From sequence record MH595538.1: 64,000 nucleotides of DNA. One strand, written 5' to 3'. The position numbers and the translations under genes are program-made. Positions 1 through 9,284 of the stretch are shown piece after piece; position 1 is the first letter of the stretch, and each line of letters begins with the position of its first letter. The notes below the pieces were generated by a model. It was not told where the DNA came from, did no database searches, and saw only the letters and a program-made list of their open reading frames with translations.

Positions 1-1
1 A

Positions 2-1114
2 ACTAAACTAGCCGTTGTAATTATGCGTGCACAACAACCAACTGATGCACACTTCTATCTTATCCGTAAAGCTTTATCAGTAGCTGAAGATGTACTCGTT
101 GTACTCGGCTCTACAAACCGAAGCTTATCGACAGTCAATCCTTTCTACTACCATCAGCGAGTTTCGCTTATTAAAGCGGGTCTAAAAGGCTTAGAGCATG
201 CTAGGGTTCAGTTTAAAGGATCTAAAGACTATGTCTGGTTGGATGATGAATGGGAAGGTGCAGTTGAAAGAACGGTGATGAATCATCTTTATCATATCAT
301 GCCAGTTGCTAAGTCAATGTCCGATGCACATAAGCATGTTGTCTTAGTGGCACATAAGAAAGACAAGTCTACTGCGGACTACGTTGAAATGTTTCCAAAG
401 TTCAAAAAGAACTACGTAGCTCCCTATCTTGTTTCAGCAGGCAATGGTACTGATGACCGTATTCTGTTAAACGCAACTGACGAACGACGTAAGTTCTTTG
501 TCGATGGCGACGTTGATTCACTGTACACTCCAGAAAGTGTCAAGCAGGCGCTTCGAGACTTCATGGACAGCAATCGTGAACAATACGAATACGTACAGCG
601 TCGATACGCGCAAATTGCAACAGCAAAGAAACCCTATGCGGGCTTGCAATGGGGAATTAAGTTCATTACAGCCGATCCATTGGTTGTCTGTAAAGGGCAT
701 GTTCTCTTAGGTAAGCGCGCAGCAGGTTACGGGGAAGGTCAATGGTGCATCCCCGGTGGTTACGTCGAACAGGATGAACTGATCGATGATGCCATGACTC
801 GTGAACTCTATGAAGAAACTTCAATCGACATTCCAGATCCGGCAATGAAGAATGCCCATAAAGGCACTCGCAAGTTCGAATATGTGGGTCGAGATGAACG
901 AGGTGACTTCACTACTTTCTGTGGTTTATTCGTACTGCATCCGTCTGCTGACGGTAGGCTACCTAAAGTAAAACCGCAAAGAGAAGAGATCACAGAAGTT
1001 CGATGGGTTCCGTTTGCCGACCTTGAAGGACTTGCGAAGCATATGTTCCTTGATCATTACTTTATCATTGAAATTATGCGTCGTGCTCAAGCCATTAACG
1101 GCAACACTCTGTAA
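2..1114 (+). CDS. nadM: Bifunctional NMN adenylyltransferase / ADP-ribose pyrophosphatase (NadM-Nudix, NatV-like), 5'-truncated by the window edge
   Basis: Frame is open from base 2 (TKLAVVIMRAQQPTDAH, a variant of the AVxIGRFQPxHxGH nucleotidyltransferase motif); VLGS..NPF motif; Nudix box GGYVEQDELIDDAMTRELYEETS; C-terminal MFLDHYFII. Confidence 0.92.
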   Translation, partial: TKLAVVIMRAQQPTDAHFYLIRKALSVAEDVLVVLGSTNRSLSTVNPFYYHQRVSLIKAGLKGLEHARVQFKGSKDYVWLDDEWEGAVERTVMNHLYHIMPVAKSMSDAHKHVVLVAHKKDKSTADYVEMFPKFKKNYVAPYLVSAGNGTDDRILLNATDERRKFFVDGDVDSLYTPESVKQALRDFMDSNREQYEYVQRRYAQIATAKKPYAGLQWGIKFITADPLVVCKGHVLLGKRAAGYGEGQWCIPGGYVEQDELIDDAMTRELYEETSIDIPDPAMKNAHKGTRKFEYVGRDERGDFTTFCGLFVLHPSADGRLPKVKPQREEITEVRWVPFADLEGLAKHMFLDHYFIIEIMRRAQAINGNTL

Positions 1115-1168
1115 GCAAGGGCTTACATTTAAACTACATTATCCCAATTAAAGAACCAGGAGGTTCAC

Positions 1169-2668
1169 ATGAACACATTACCTAAAAACCAAATCGCAGC
1201 GAATATGCCAGTCGGCGTTGATTTCCAAATGGATCTAACCGCACCTTATAGTTTAACTCCTCCGGTCCTCCTCTCCGTGGATAGTTACAAAGGTGAGCAC
1301 TATAAATACCTTAACTCTGACGTTGACTTCACTCAAGGGTACATCGAAGCACGTAAAGGAGATAAGGTACAGCAGGTCGCGGGCATTACTCGCCTTGCTA
1401 AACAGTTAGCCGTTGGGATCACGACTGATGACATTCTTTACTTTAGTATGTTTGCAGCCAAACACAGCTTTGGCCATGCGGCAATGCATAGCGAAGGATG
1501 GTCACGTATTGTTGATGAAATGGATGGTAATCTGCCATTAGAAATTCACGCTCTGCCAGAAGGCACAGTAGTGAAACCAGGACTACCAATCTTAGTTGTT
1601 CGCAATACCGTCGCCGGTTTCGGTTGGCTTGTGAACTATTTCATTGATATGATCTTAAAAGTTTGGAAAGACATGTCAGTGGCAGGTAAGGCGTTCCGCA
1701 TGAAACGCATTCTAAAGCGCATGGGCTCAAATACGATTAGTGATGCAGATCGGTTCGATTTCTGGCTAACCGTGTGCTTGCATGACTTTGGAGTGCGCTC
1801 TATCGGTACGTCTGAAGAAGCAGCAATCTCTGGCGTCGCAGCTAACCAGAATATTAGCGGTAGTGACAACTGGCCCGCTACTTGGCTCAACATGAAACTC
1901 TATGACTTAACCATGGATCAAATGCCCACTGGTTCTGTCGTAGCACTAGAGCACAATGTGATCCTAAGCGTCGGTGAAGAAGGAGAACATGAACTCCTGC
2001 TTAACTTCGCAAAAGACATATTGACGTCTGGTCGTGTCGGCAGTGTTTTAATTGATACTTACGACATAGACGCCGTACTTGAGATGTTTGCTAAAAATAA
2101 AGAGTTGCTTCTTCAATGGTTAGCAGAAGGCGACTATCAAGGTAAACTGGTATTCCGTCCTGACTCAGGTCATGAAATTGAAACACCTATTATGGTATGT
2201 GAGTTCCTGATGCGTACATTCGGATCAGTCACTAACGATAAAGGCTTCCGTGAACTAGACGGATGGCTAGGTGTTATTCAAGGAGATGGCGTAAATGAAG
2301 ACATGCTTGAAATGTTCGAGAATCGTCTTTATGAAACTGAATTGTCTGCACTGAACTTTGTCTTTGGCTGCGGCGGTGAATTGATTTCTAATCACACTCG
2401 CGATGACTACAGCTGGTGCGGTAAAGTGACAGTCAATACACTGAATGACGGTACTGAGGTGCCTTGTGGTAAATCTCCTAAATATGGCGCAGGTAAGAAG
2501 ACTAAACAAGGATACTTCCGTGTTTATGAAACTGATGGCGGCTGGGGATATGACCAAGTTGATAGCTTTGATCTCATGGAAGGGTTTTATTGTTACTTCT
2601 ACAACGGAGTAGCATTGAAACCACAGACATGGGATGAAGTGAAAGAACGCGCTTACTCTTACCTATAA
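1169..2668 (+). CDS. nadV: Nicotinamide phosphoribosyltransferase (NAMPT)
   Basis: Motifs VDSYK, LHDFGVRS, ALEH, LIDTYD, FRPDSG, IQGDGV, FGCGG; SD AGGAGG; adjacent to NadM-Nudix. Confidence 0.95.
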   Translation: MNTLPKNQIAANMPVGVDFQMDLTAPYSLTPPVLLSVDSYKGEHYKYLNSDVDFTQGYIEARKGDKVQQVAGITRLAKQLAVGITTDDILYFSMFAAKHSFGHAAMHSEGWSRIVDEMDGNLPLEIHALPEGTVVKPGLPILVVRNTVAGFGWLVNYFIDMILKVWKDMSVAGKAFRMKRILKRMGSNTISDADRFDFWLTVCLHDFGVRSIGTSEEAAISGVAANQNISGSDNWPATWLNMKLYDLTMDQMPTGSVVALEHNVILSVGEEGEHELLLNFAKDILTSGRVGSVLIDTYDIDAVLEMFAKNKELLLQWLAEGDYQGKLVFRPDSGHEIETPIMVCEFLMRTFGSVTNDKGFRELDGWLGVIQGDGVNEDMLEMFENRLYETELSALNFVFGCGGELISNHTRDDYSWCGKVTVNTLNDGTEVPCGKSPKYGAGKKTKQGYFRVYETDGGWGYDQVDSFDLMEGFYCYFYNGVALKPQTWDEVKERAYSYL

Positions 2669-2675
2669 CGTAAAT

Positions 2676-2695
2676 CCTCTCCCTCCGGGGAGAGG
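2676..2695 (+). terminator. Hairpin after nadV
   Basis: CCTCTCCC-TCCG-GGGAGAGG. Confidence 0.6.
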
Positions 2696-2723
2696 TACTC
2701 TCTTATTAAAAGGTTGCATTATT

Positions 2724-3338
2724 ATGAACGAAAAAGATTTAGCTAAATTGAATCACCCGCCGGAAGAATTAATGGATCCGTCTTGGCAGCAGCTTTCACT
2801 AGACGCTGCGGTAGAAGATATCGTGTTTCCGAAAGGCATTAATCATGGAGAATCTATTCTTAGAAGGCGCTACGGTCCGGAGGGTGCGACTTGTGAAGTA
2901 TATGACGCGCTGCCTAAGGATCCTGACGAGATACTAAAAAAACTACAAGCGCTTAATGCGGAGATAAAGACACTAACAGGCCCTTCATCTGACGCAGAAA
3001 GAAGAATGCATAAGTTCATCACTCTCATGCATCACGCAGGGGCTATGTCATCCATTCCGATGCATAAGATAGACTCGCTTTGGCCAGAAGGGCTATTAAG
3101 TCCCGAAGATCCAGAAAGGGAATTAATTCGTTATGCTCAGCTTCGAGAAAAGACAGTCAGAGATTTTGATGGAGACTCGATGATCTTGCCTCGAACTAAG
3201 CCAAATCACGAACCTGAAGTTATTTGGAAAAAGAAACAGAAAACAGTCGGCCCAGTAGGACAAGGGAAAGCCCCTAGGTCTAAACGCAAAACAAAACGTC
3301 AAGCTCAGAAACAATCTCGTAAAAACAATCGTAAATAA
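2724..3338 (+). CDS. Hypothetical protein with basic C-terminal tail
   Basis: 204-aa ORF ending KRQAQKQSRKNNRK, a tail shared with 15102..15695. Confidence 0.8.
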   Translation: MNEKDLAKLNHPPEELMDPSWQQLSLDAAVEDIVFPKGINHGESILRRRYGPEGATCEVYDALPKDPDEILKKLQALNAEIKTLTGPSSDAERRMHKFITLMHHAGAMSSIPMHKIDSLWPEGLLSPEDPERELIRYAQLREKTVRDFDGDSMILPRTKPNHEPEVIWKKKQKTVGPVGQGKAPRSKRKTKRQAQKQSRKNNRK

Positions 3339-3347
3339 GGAAGTCTC

Positions 3348-3848
3348 ATGGAAAAGCGCAAACCTGAATTATATGTCGTTACCGGAAAAACATCATTGCA
3401 CGTACGTGATTTTGGTGAAAGACTATATATGTCGAAAAATCCTCATTGGTGTAAGCACAGCATCTATCCTGAAAACCATAAATCGGTATTTGAATTAGCC
3501 GATGAACTTAAAAGACTTATTGCCGAGTCCTTTGAGAACGGCACTGATCTTATCATCACTACTTTATCTCCGATAGTGCCTGATATGATCAATAGCTTTA
3601 TGTTAAAGCGCATCTCCGTAGACGAACCTTATTATGAAACATGTCATGTTTATGATGTACTCTCTGATAATGCATCAAGGGACCGCAGCTTCAATTTCAA
3701 AGATGGAATATTACACCTGACTGCTCAAAAAGACTTAGAGGTCTTTTATCATGCATACCATGACTTGATGGCTGAAAGAAAAGCTCAAATAATGGAGCGC
3801 ATAACGACTCCAAGATCCTCCCTGAAACCTACTGACATTCCAGATTAA
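3348..3848 (+). CDS. Hypothetical protein, possibly a degenerate ABC/AAA_21-type ATPase fragment
   Basis: YPENHKS and IITTLSP resemble EPENHLHP and IITTHSP; no intact Walker A. Confidence 0.4.
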   Translation: MEKRKPELYVVTGKTSLHVRDFGERLYMSKNPHWCKHSIYPENHKSVFELADELKRLIAESFENGTDLIITTLSPIVPDMINSFMLKRISVDEPYYETCHVYDVLSDNASRDRSFNFKDGILHLTAQKDLEVFYHAYHDLMAERKAQIMERITTPRSSLKPTDIPD

Positions 3849-3872
3849 TCAAAGTTCATTAGAACTCAAACT

Positions 3873-3889
3873 CTATATTATCATAACGA
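3873..3889 (+). promoter_or_regulatory. Putative phage promoter motif, copy 1
   Basis: CTATATTATC-ATAA-CGA in the intergenic gap. Confidence 0.65.
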
Positions 3890-3915
3890 ATAAACCCAAC
3901 TAAGGAATCATTATT

Positions 3916-4743
3916 ATGTCAAAACAAAATAACTTCAGTTCTTTCGCCGTTTTTGTAGGCAGTATTGTCTCTGTATGTACCGTAGATGAATCAAAAGCTG
4001 ACCTGAGGACAATGATAAGCCGCCTGGTCCAGGATGGATTAGCTCAGAACAGTATGATCAACCCTACTGTAAGGATATATGGATTAGGAGGGGTAGGGGA
4101 TAGTCGCTTAACATATATGCGCATTGGAGATGTTGAGATTAATCGATTCATAGAAAGAGCTGTTATCAACGCCCCTTTAAAATTCGCTACTTTGGAACTG
4201 GCACAAAAAGCATTTGGAGACTGGCGAGATATTCCTATGACGGAAGCCGACGAGTATCAAGAACGTTTTACCATTAAAGCGATCTCGAAATATTTTCCAG
4301 ATCTATGGAAAGAGACTATCGAAGGCGGATGGATGATTCCTTATTCTAAATTGAAGCCTTTTATCGCAGAGGCACGCGATAAATATTCAGAACATGTGAA
4401 ATCAGAAAGTGCTTGTAAGTTCGATCCCACACGCCATTATCCCCAGCCAGAATTCGGAGGTCAATTCGGATGTTTTAGTTCTCCTGCCCCAGGAGCAACT
4501 AACCCTCTGAATATGACTATTATGCAGCTGGAACAAACCATTGCAGCTACGGAATCTCAATTGAATATGATGCGATATCAATTACAAACTATCAAGCAAT
4601 TGGCTGGTGTCCAATCCATGTCCCCAAGTCCTTATGTCCACCAAGGTCCTTATGCATCACCTATTGCCCCAGGCCAAGTCAATCCTCATAAAGAAAATAT
4701 GACTGCTAAGCAGTCACAATTCCGTACTGTTGATGACCAGTAA
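3916..4743 (+). CDS. Hypothetical protein with P/Q/G-rich C-terminus and coiled coil
   Basis: 275-aa ORF with SD; first gene after the promoter motif. Confidence 0.8.
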   Translation: MSKQNNFSSFAVFVGSIVSVCTVDESKADLRTMISRLVQDGLAQNSMINPTVRIYGLGGVGDSRLTYMRIGDVEINRFIERAVINAPLKFATLELAQKAFGDWRDIPMTEADEYQERFTIKAISKYFPDLWKETIEGGWMIPYSKLKPFIAEARDKYSEHVKSESACKFDPTRHYPQPEFGGQFGCFSSPAPGATNPLNMTIMQLEQTIAATESQLNMMRYQLQTIKQLAGVQSMSPSPYVHQGPYASPIAPGQVNPHKENMTAKQSQFRTVDDQ

Positions 4744-4785
4744 TTAAATAAACCCTAATCTTTTAATCTTACAAAAGGAAGAGTT

Positions 4786-5502
4786 ATGTCAACTCAAACA
4801 TTAAACATGTGGTCAGCGTTCAGCCCTAAAACAATTGTACGTGATTTAATGGACCTAAAGCTCGAAGACATTGGCTTCTTAGTCGTATTGATGGCCATTA
4901 TGTCGTGCGCAATGATCTATTGGGAAAGTGCATGGCTGGAATGGCTATCTTCACTCACTGGCGTCATGTGTGTATTTCTGGTGGCTCGTCGTAAACTATC
5001 CAACTACTTCTGGGGAATTATCAATGTAACGACTTATACTTACATTGCCTATAATGCGAAGTACTTCGGCGATACAATGCTGTTTGGATTGTTCTATACA
5101 CCGATTCAATTTATCGGTGCGTATCTATGGTCTAAGCACATGTTCGGTGAAAACGTGATCTCTCGCAAAATCGAGAGCTTCCGTGCTCTGTTTATGCTGG
5201 GTATAGGCGCTACTTTTATCACCTTTGGCTATGCAATGCTGTTAGAGTCGATAGGCGGTAATCTGCCTGCTGTGGATGCTTTCACAACAGTAGGTTCCGT
5301 ATTGGCTACCTTCTTTATGGTCTATGGTTATCGTGAGCAATGGTTGGTTTGGATTGCGATTAACCTAAGCTCTATTTACATGTGGGCGAATGTCTATATG
5401 GAAGATGGCACTGGCGTGGGTATGTTAGCGATGTGGTCTGTATATCTGATCAACTCGACTTACGGCACTTACATCTGGTTTAAAGGCTCTAAGAGCAATT
5501 AA
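4786..5502 (+). CDS. pnuC: Nicotinamide riboside transporter PnuC
   Basis: About 7 hydrophobic helices; motifs GVMCVFLVARRKLSNYFWG, IGAYLW, DAFTT, YREQWLVWIAIN. Confidence 0.88.
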   Translation: MSTQTLNMWSAFSPKTIVRDLMDLKLEDIGFLVVLMAIMSCAMIYWESAWLEWLSSLTGVMCVFLVARRKLSNYFWGIINVTTYTYIAYNAKYFGDTMLFGLFYTPIQFIGAYLWSKHMFGENVISRKIESFRALFMLGIGATFITFGYAMLLESIGGNLPAVDAFTTVGSVLATFFMVYGYREQWLVWIAINLSSIYMWANVYMEDGTGVGMLAMWSVYLINSTYGTYIWFKGSKSN

Positions 5503-5508
5503 CATAAC

Positions 5509-5534
5509 TAGGAGAGGGCATGTGCCCTCTCCTA
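5509..5534 (+). terminator. Hairpin (GGGCA-NN-TGCCC family)
   Basis: TAGGAGAGGGCA-TG-TGCCCTCTCCTA followed by a T-rich tract. Confidence 0.7.
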
Positions 5535-5567
5535 ATCTTATTTCTCTTTTTTATAATGGAAACGATT

Positions 5568-6389
5568 ATGACACCGATGAGTATATTCGATTCTGGCGCA
5601 AGTGTTATGGCGCTATATACGGTCACTAAAGATAAACATTTAACGACAAGGGTGCCGGTTCCCTTGGAAGCATTTTTTGATTCAATCAATGACTCCGAGA
5701 TTATCAAGAGATTAAAAGTCATTCGAGACATCTTCATGCTAGACAAAGAATCTCGTTATGAAGAACGTCCTCCGGGCACGGCAGATTATATCGTCGACGG
5801 ACAGGATGTCTACGATACGCCAGCTAATCCCCGATTATTTTACACTGACGAGGAAGGCTATAGTCGTCACGTTACTTGGGAAAATGATTTTAGTATCGGA
5901 AACAGGCATAAAATAAGCGACAGGTTCCAGACGGCAAAGCTCGTGAATTCCAGAGTCGGACAATGGCCGATTGTTGTAAAGACTCCTTGCAATGTTCATC
6001 TGAGAGGTAAGATATTGCAGGTTACTGGGCACTCAGCAATGAACTGTCTCAATACGGAAACCGGTGAAATCACTACCGTGTCAGCACATCTTCAGAAATT
6101 AAAGGATCTGATCTTAAATGACGTGGATGAGCAAAGTGCTGAACGTGTATCTCGTTTGTTGACTGATGCTAAACTAGAAGTAGGCTACGGACAACTGAAT
6201 TTCAAAATCAATTTAGAATACTATCCGGCATTTGGTTTTACGTTTAATTTGCACCACCGCATGGGTCTACAGGGATTTCATTTTAACGGCTGTGGGTTAT
6301 CAGTAATGGAAATCTCATGGACAACTGCAACGGCTGTAAGAATCTACGAGCTGGCCCAAAATCATATAAAAGCAATCACTGTAAACTAA
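5568..6389 (+). CDS. Hypothetical protein
   Basis: Long ORF; start moved downstream of the terminator to the ATG at 5568 (5556 is the alternative). Confidence 0.75.
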   Translation: MTPMSIFDSGASVMALYTVTKDKHLTTRVPVPLEAFFDSINDSEIIKRLKVIRDIFMLDKESRYEERPPGTADYIVDGQDVYDTPANPRLFYTDEEGYSRHVTWENDFSIGNRHKISDRFQTAKLVNSRVGQWPIVVKTPCNVHLRGKILQVTGHSAMNCLNTETGEITTVSAHLQKLKDLILNDVDEQSAERVSRLLTDAKLEVGYGQLNFKINLEYYPAFGFTFNLHHRMGLQGFHFNGCGLSVMEISWTTATAVRIYELAQNHIKAITVN

Positions 6390-6398
6390 GGAAAACAT

Positions 6399-7265
6399 AT
6401 GAGTTTTAAATTTGTATACGTCGACGGACGTGCTTCTCTGATTAATACTACGGCTACTGAAGGAGAAACAGGAATTATCGATGTCTCCTCTCTGATGCAT
6501 TATATTAATGTCGTCAAACTAAGTCGAGACGCTTCTGACTTTTCTACACGAATGGAAATCCTCGCTTATGTCATGACGAAAATGTGTTTTACTGAGGGAC
6601 ATATAATTGATAATGACAGTGCCTACGGGGAAGTATCTCGAGCTGCTATTATTAATCTGGGTCATGAGAAAGTTCTTCATAGACCCAAATCGTTAGTTGT
6701 TGCCATGGTAAATCGACGCAGCGAATACGTGCGCGATAAGATGACTCCTAGAGAAAATCCGGAATGGACTTGCCCTGGTCTTTTACTGGCTAACGTGATA
6801 GAGTGCAGTGAATTGCAATCCAATATAAACCAAGATGGAGAGTTGATTCTTTTCAAAAATAATAACACTGCGGCAGAAGAAATTGCATTCTTACGTGTCA
6901 ATATGGAAGAACGACGTATTGAATGCGAGATGGTCAATCCTAAGGAATACTTCAGGACATCATTGATGGCACCAGGTAAGATTAAGCGAGCAATGGCATC
7001 TCCTGGCATCGGAGCTGCTATAGATCATATCGCAGCTAGTCTATCAGTAAATAATACCAAGCCAGTTGATATTTCCTTGAGAGACATCTATGGTGATTCC
7101 AATTGCGGGATTTCTGTTTCGATAAACTGCAGCAACAATATTGAAGCTAAGTTTCGTACGCTTGGTGTGAGCAAGGAAATAGACTTCAAAACAAAATCTG
7201 ATTATGACAAGGCACTGAATACTGTCATTAAAGATTTAGAAAATGCAGCAACTCGTTTTATCTAA
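6399..7265 (+). CDS. Hypothetical protein
   Basis: 288-aa ORF, SD AAGGA. Confidence 0.8.
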   Translation: MSFKFVYVDGRASLINTTATEGETGIIDVSSLMHYINVVKLSRDASDFSTRMEILAYVMTKMCFTEGHIIDNDSAYGEVSRAAIINLGHEKVLHRPKSLVVAMVNRRSEYVRDKMTPRENPEWTCPGLLLANVIECSELQSNINQDGELILFKNNNTAAEEIAFLRVNMEERRIECEMVNPKEYFRTSLMAPGKIKRAMASPGIGAAIDHIAASLSVNNTKPVDISLRDIYGDSNCGISVSINCSNNIEAKFRTLGVSKEIDFKTKSDYDKALNTVIKDLENAATRFI

Positions 7266-7278
7266 AAGAAATAACTTA

Positions 7279-7307
7279 TATTCTCCTTCCCAATGGGAAG
7301 GAGAATA
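7279..7307 (+). terminator. Intrinsic terminator
   Basis: TATTCTCCTTCCC-AAT-GGGAAGGAGAATA with a downstream T-run. Confidence 0.75.
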
Positions 7308-7368
7308 ATTAATCCTTTTATTTTTTTAACAGATATGAAAAATACTGTGGTTCATTCAGCATATAGAT

Positions 7369-7385
7369 CTATATCACTGTAATGA
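7369..7385 (+). promoter_or_regulatory. Putative phage promoter motif, copy 2
   Basis: CTATATCACT-GTAA-TGA after a terminator. Confidence 0.7.
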
Positions 7386-7410
7386 GTTTAATCAATAAAG
7401 GAACATTATT

Positions 7411-7773
7411 ATGTTAGTTAAAAGCACCGAAGAATTGTGCCTATTGATGGCGGAAAAATGTATTGCAGCATGGAATGACATTCCTGGCATACTTGATTCT
7501 GGCGTTATCTTCACACAGGTAACTAAGAACCTGGCGTTTGATATTTCTGTCTTTCCAGAACGCGTAGAGATCTCCGGAGTAATGGGCTTATTGCCGAGCA
7601 CACTTATTATCTTTGCAAACGAAGAACCTGAAATTAAAATTACAGGTACCGATGAAACTGATGAAACATTCATCTTTCCAGAAATCGAAACGTATCTAAA
7701 GATGATGCGCATCGCTGAAGGGATCATTCGTACAATCATGCAGGAGAAAGAACTTTGGATTTCCAAAAACTAG
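7411..7773 (+). CDS. Hypothetical protein
   Basis: 120-aa ORF, SD AAGGA. Confidence 0.75.
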   Translation: MLVKSTEELCLLMAEKCIAAWNDIPGILDSGVIFTQVTKNLAFDISVFPERVEISGVMGLLPSTLIIFANEEPEIKITGTDETDETFIFPEIETYLKMMRIAEGIIRTIMQEKELWISKN

Positions 7774-8306
7774 CTACTGAAACGCCTAGAAATTTACCGC
7801 CTGTAGATAGGGTTGTCACATTGGGCCCTTATGGCATTCCTTATCTAGAGCAGTCTTATATACCAGCAATGACTACAAAGGTAGCGCGATCACTAGTTGG
7901 ACGTACATACATGGGTGAGTACATGCAGCCTGATCTAAGGAAGCTTTCTTTAGTGGAAGGTTATCAGCGCATAAGAACCGTAGAACGTCGTCGCGCATGT
8001 TTGAAAGCGAAGGTACTTGAAATCACTACGTCGATGCTCGGCGAGTGGGAAGTGTTCTATATCAAGGTACATGTTAAAGAGTTTGGTCCAATGGCTGAAT
8101 ACTTTCGAAAAGATGTATCTTTAGATTCATCCTTTAAATTGCATTTACGATGGGATATCATAGGATCGAACAGACGTCATCCTTTCAAGCTCAATGGTAA
8201 AAGCCACGTTTATCCTGAATCTAATGTTACTGCATTTCATGCCTTTGATTACGGAGGATATCAACTGACCCCTCTTGTAGATCTCACAACCGGAGAAAAG
8301 AAATGA
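7755..8306 (+). CDS. Prohead-protease-like protein (phiKZ gp175 / T4 gp21 fold), probably inactive
   Basis: GEYMQP...QRIRTVE...AC...FGPM pattern resembles GEYGHP...RI..I..VC..H...GP; catalytic His and Ser not evident. Confidence 0.4.
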   Translation: MDFQKLATETPRNLPPVDRVVTLGPYGIPYLEQSYIPAMTTKVARSLVGRTYMGEYMQPDLRKLSLVEGYQRIRTVERRRACLKAKVLEITTSMLGEWEVFYIKVHVKEFGPMAEYFRKDVSLDSSFKLHLRWDIIGSNRRHPFKLNGKSHVYPESNVTAFHAFDYGGYQLTPLVDLTTGEKK

Positions 8307-8716
8307 TTAAAGAACTAGGTCCTTATAACGTCTTCGTCGATGCTGGAGAAGGCAAGTTAAAAAACTTGTATTTTAGCTATGAAGCATTGACCAATTGTGT
8401 AGGCAAAGAGTACTTTGTAACGTTTCCAGATAAACGAGAAACGGCTGCAGATTACGAACATGTGGCGATCAGTGAAATTGGCGCATCGTTTAAACTCAAA
8501 CGATACCATAAGCGAGAAGACGGTCTTTATCTAATCGGAGATATGAAACCTGCTGGTAAACAAGCAGATCGTTTGCAAGCACTGTTAGAAGAAGAAACAG
8601 AATTAGGTACGTTCGGTATTCGTGGCATGTCTAACCATATCTTAACCGAAGAAGGTAATAAGATCTATAAAATGATCAGCATTACCGCAATTGATTGTTT
8701 TCCTAAGCAATCCTAA
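8303..8716 (+). CDS. Prohead-protease-like protein, probably inactive
   Basis: LIGDMKPAGKQADRLQALLEEETELGTFGIRGMS resembles the G..TP.G..L..L...G.SSRG.G segment, with the Ser missing. Confidence 0.4.
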   Translation: MIKELGPYNVFVDAGEGKLKNLYFSYEALTNCVGKEYFVTFPDKRETAADYEHVAISEIGASFKLKRYHKREDGLYLIGDMKPAGKQADRLQALLEEETELGTFGIRGMSNHILTEEGNKIYKMISITAIDCFPKQS

Positions 8717-8759
8717 CTCGCGACAATAACGTCGCATCACTAACTCAATGAGGTGTCTC

Positions 8760-9185
8760 ATGAAAAAACTACTGCTGACTGTGAATGATGTGTATCGTCA
8801 TATCAATAAGCTAAATCTCCCTAAAGAACTGCAGGTGGCTGCAAGAACATTCTATTTCTTATCCGAAGAGATAAGCATGGATTATATCGCAGGGCGTGTT
8901 GACTTTAGAGTCGTGGCTTATGAACGTAATGACGCAATCGGCTTTGCTATCATTCACAAAGATGACTTCCATGGCAATTATCGCTTTAATAAGATCTATA
9001 ACAACTTTCTAGACATCAAACTAGATGGCGTTTATGCAATGGCGCAAGGCAAGGCATTTCCTCGCATCTCTATTGATGCATGGAAAGGCATGTCCGCTTT
9101 TCGCTGGAGCGATATCTTTAGCCAGGCATTGGCTAATAGAAAGCACCATATGAAAGGCAAAGAAGTCTTCAAAAAGATTATCTAA
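8760..9185 (+). CDS. Hypothetical protein
   Basis: ORF with SD GAGGTG before MKKLL. Confidence 0.75.
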   Translation: MKKLLLTVNDVYRHINKLNLPKELQVAARTFYFLSEEISMDYIAGRVDFRVVAYERNDAIGFAIIHKDDFHGNYRFNKIYNNFLDIKLDGVYAMAQGKAFPRISIDAWKGMSAFRWSDIFSQALANRKHHMKGKEVFKKII

Positions 9186-9191
9186 CTGAAA

Positions 9192-9214
9192 GGAGGCCTT
9201 CGGGTCTCCTTTTT
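9192..9214 (+). terminator. Intrinsic terminator
   Basis: GGAGGCC-TTCG-GGTCTCC-TTTTT. Confidence 0.85.
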
Positions 9215-9284
9215 ACTTTATATGCTGTAACATACCAGAGCAATAAGTTGAATCATTCTCAAAAAGGATATAGGAATATTTGTT

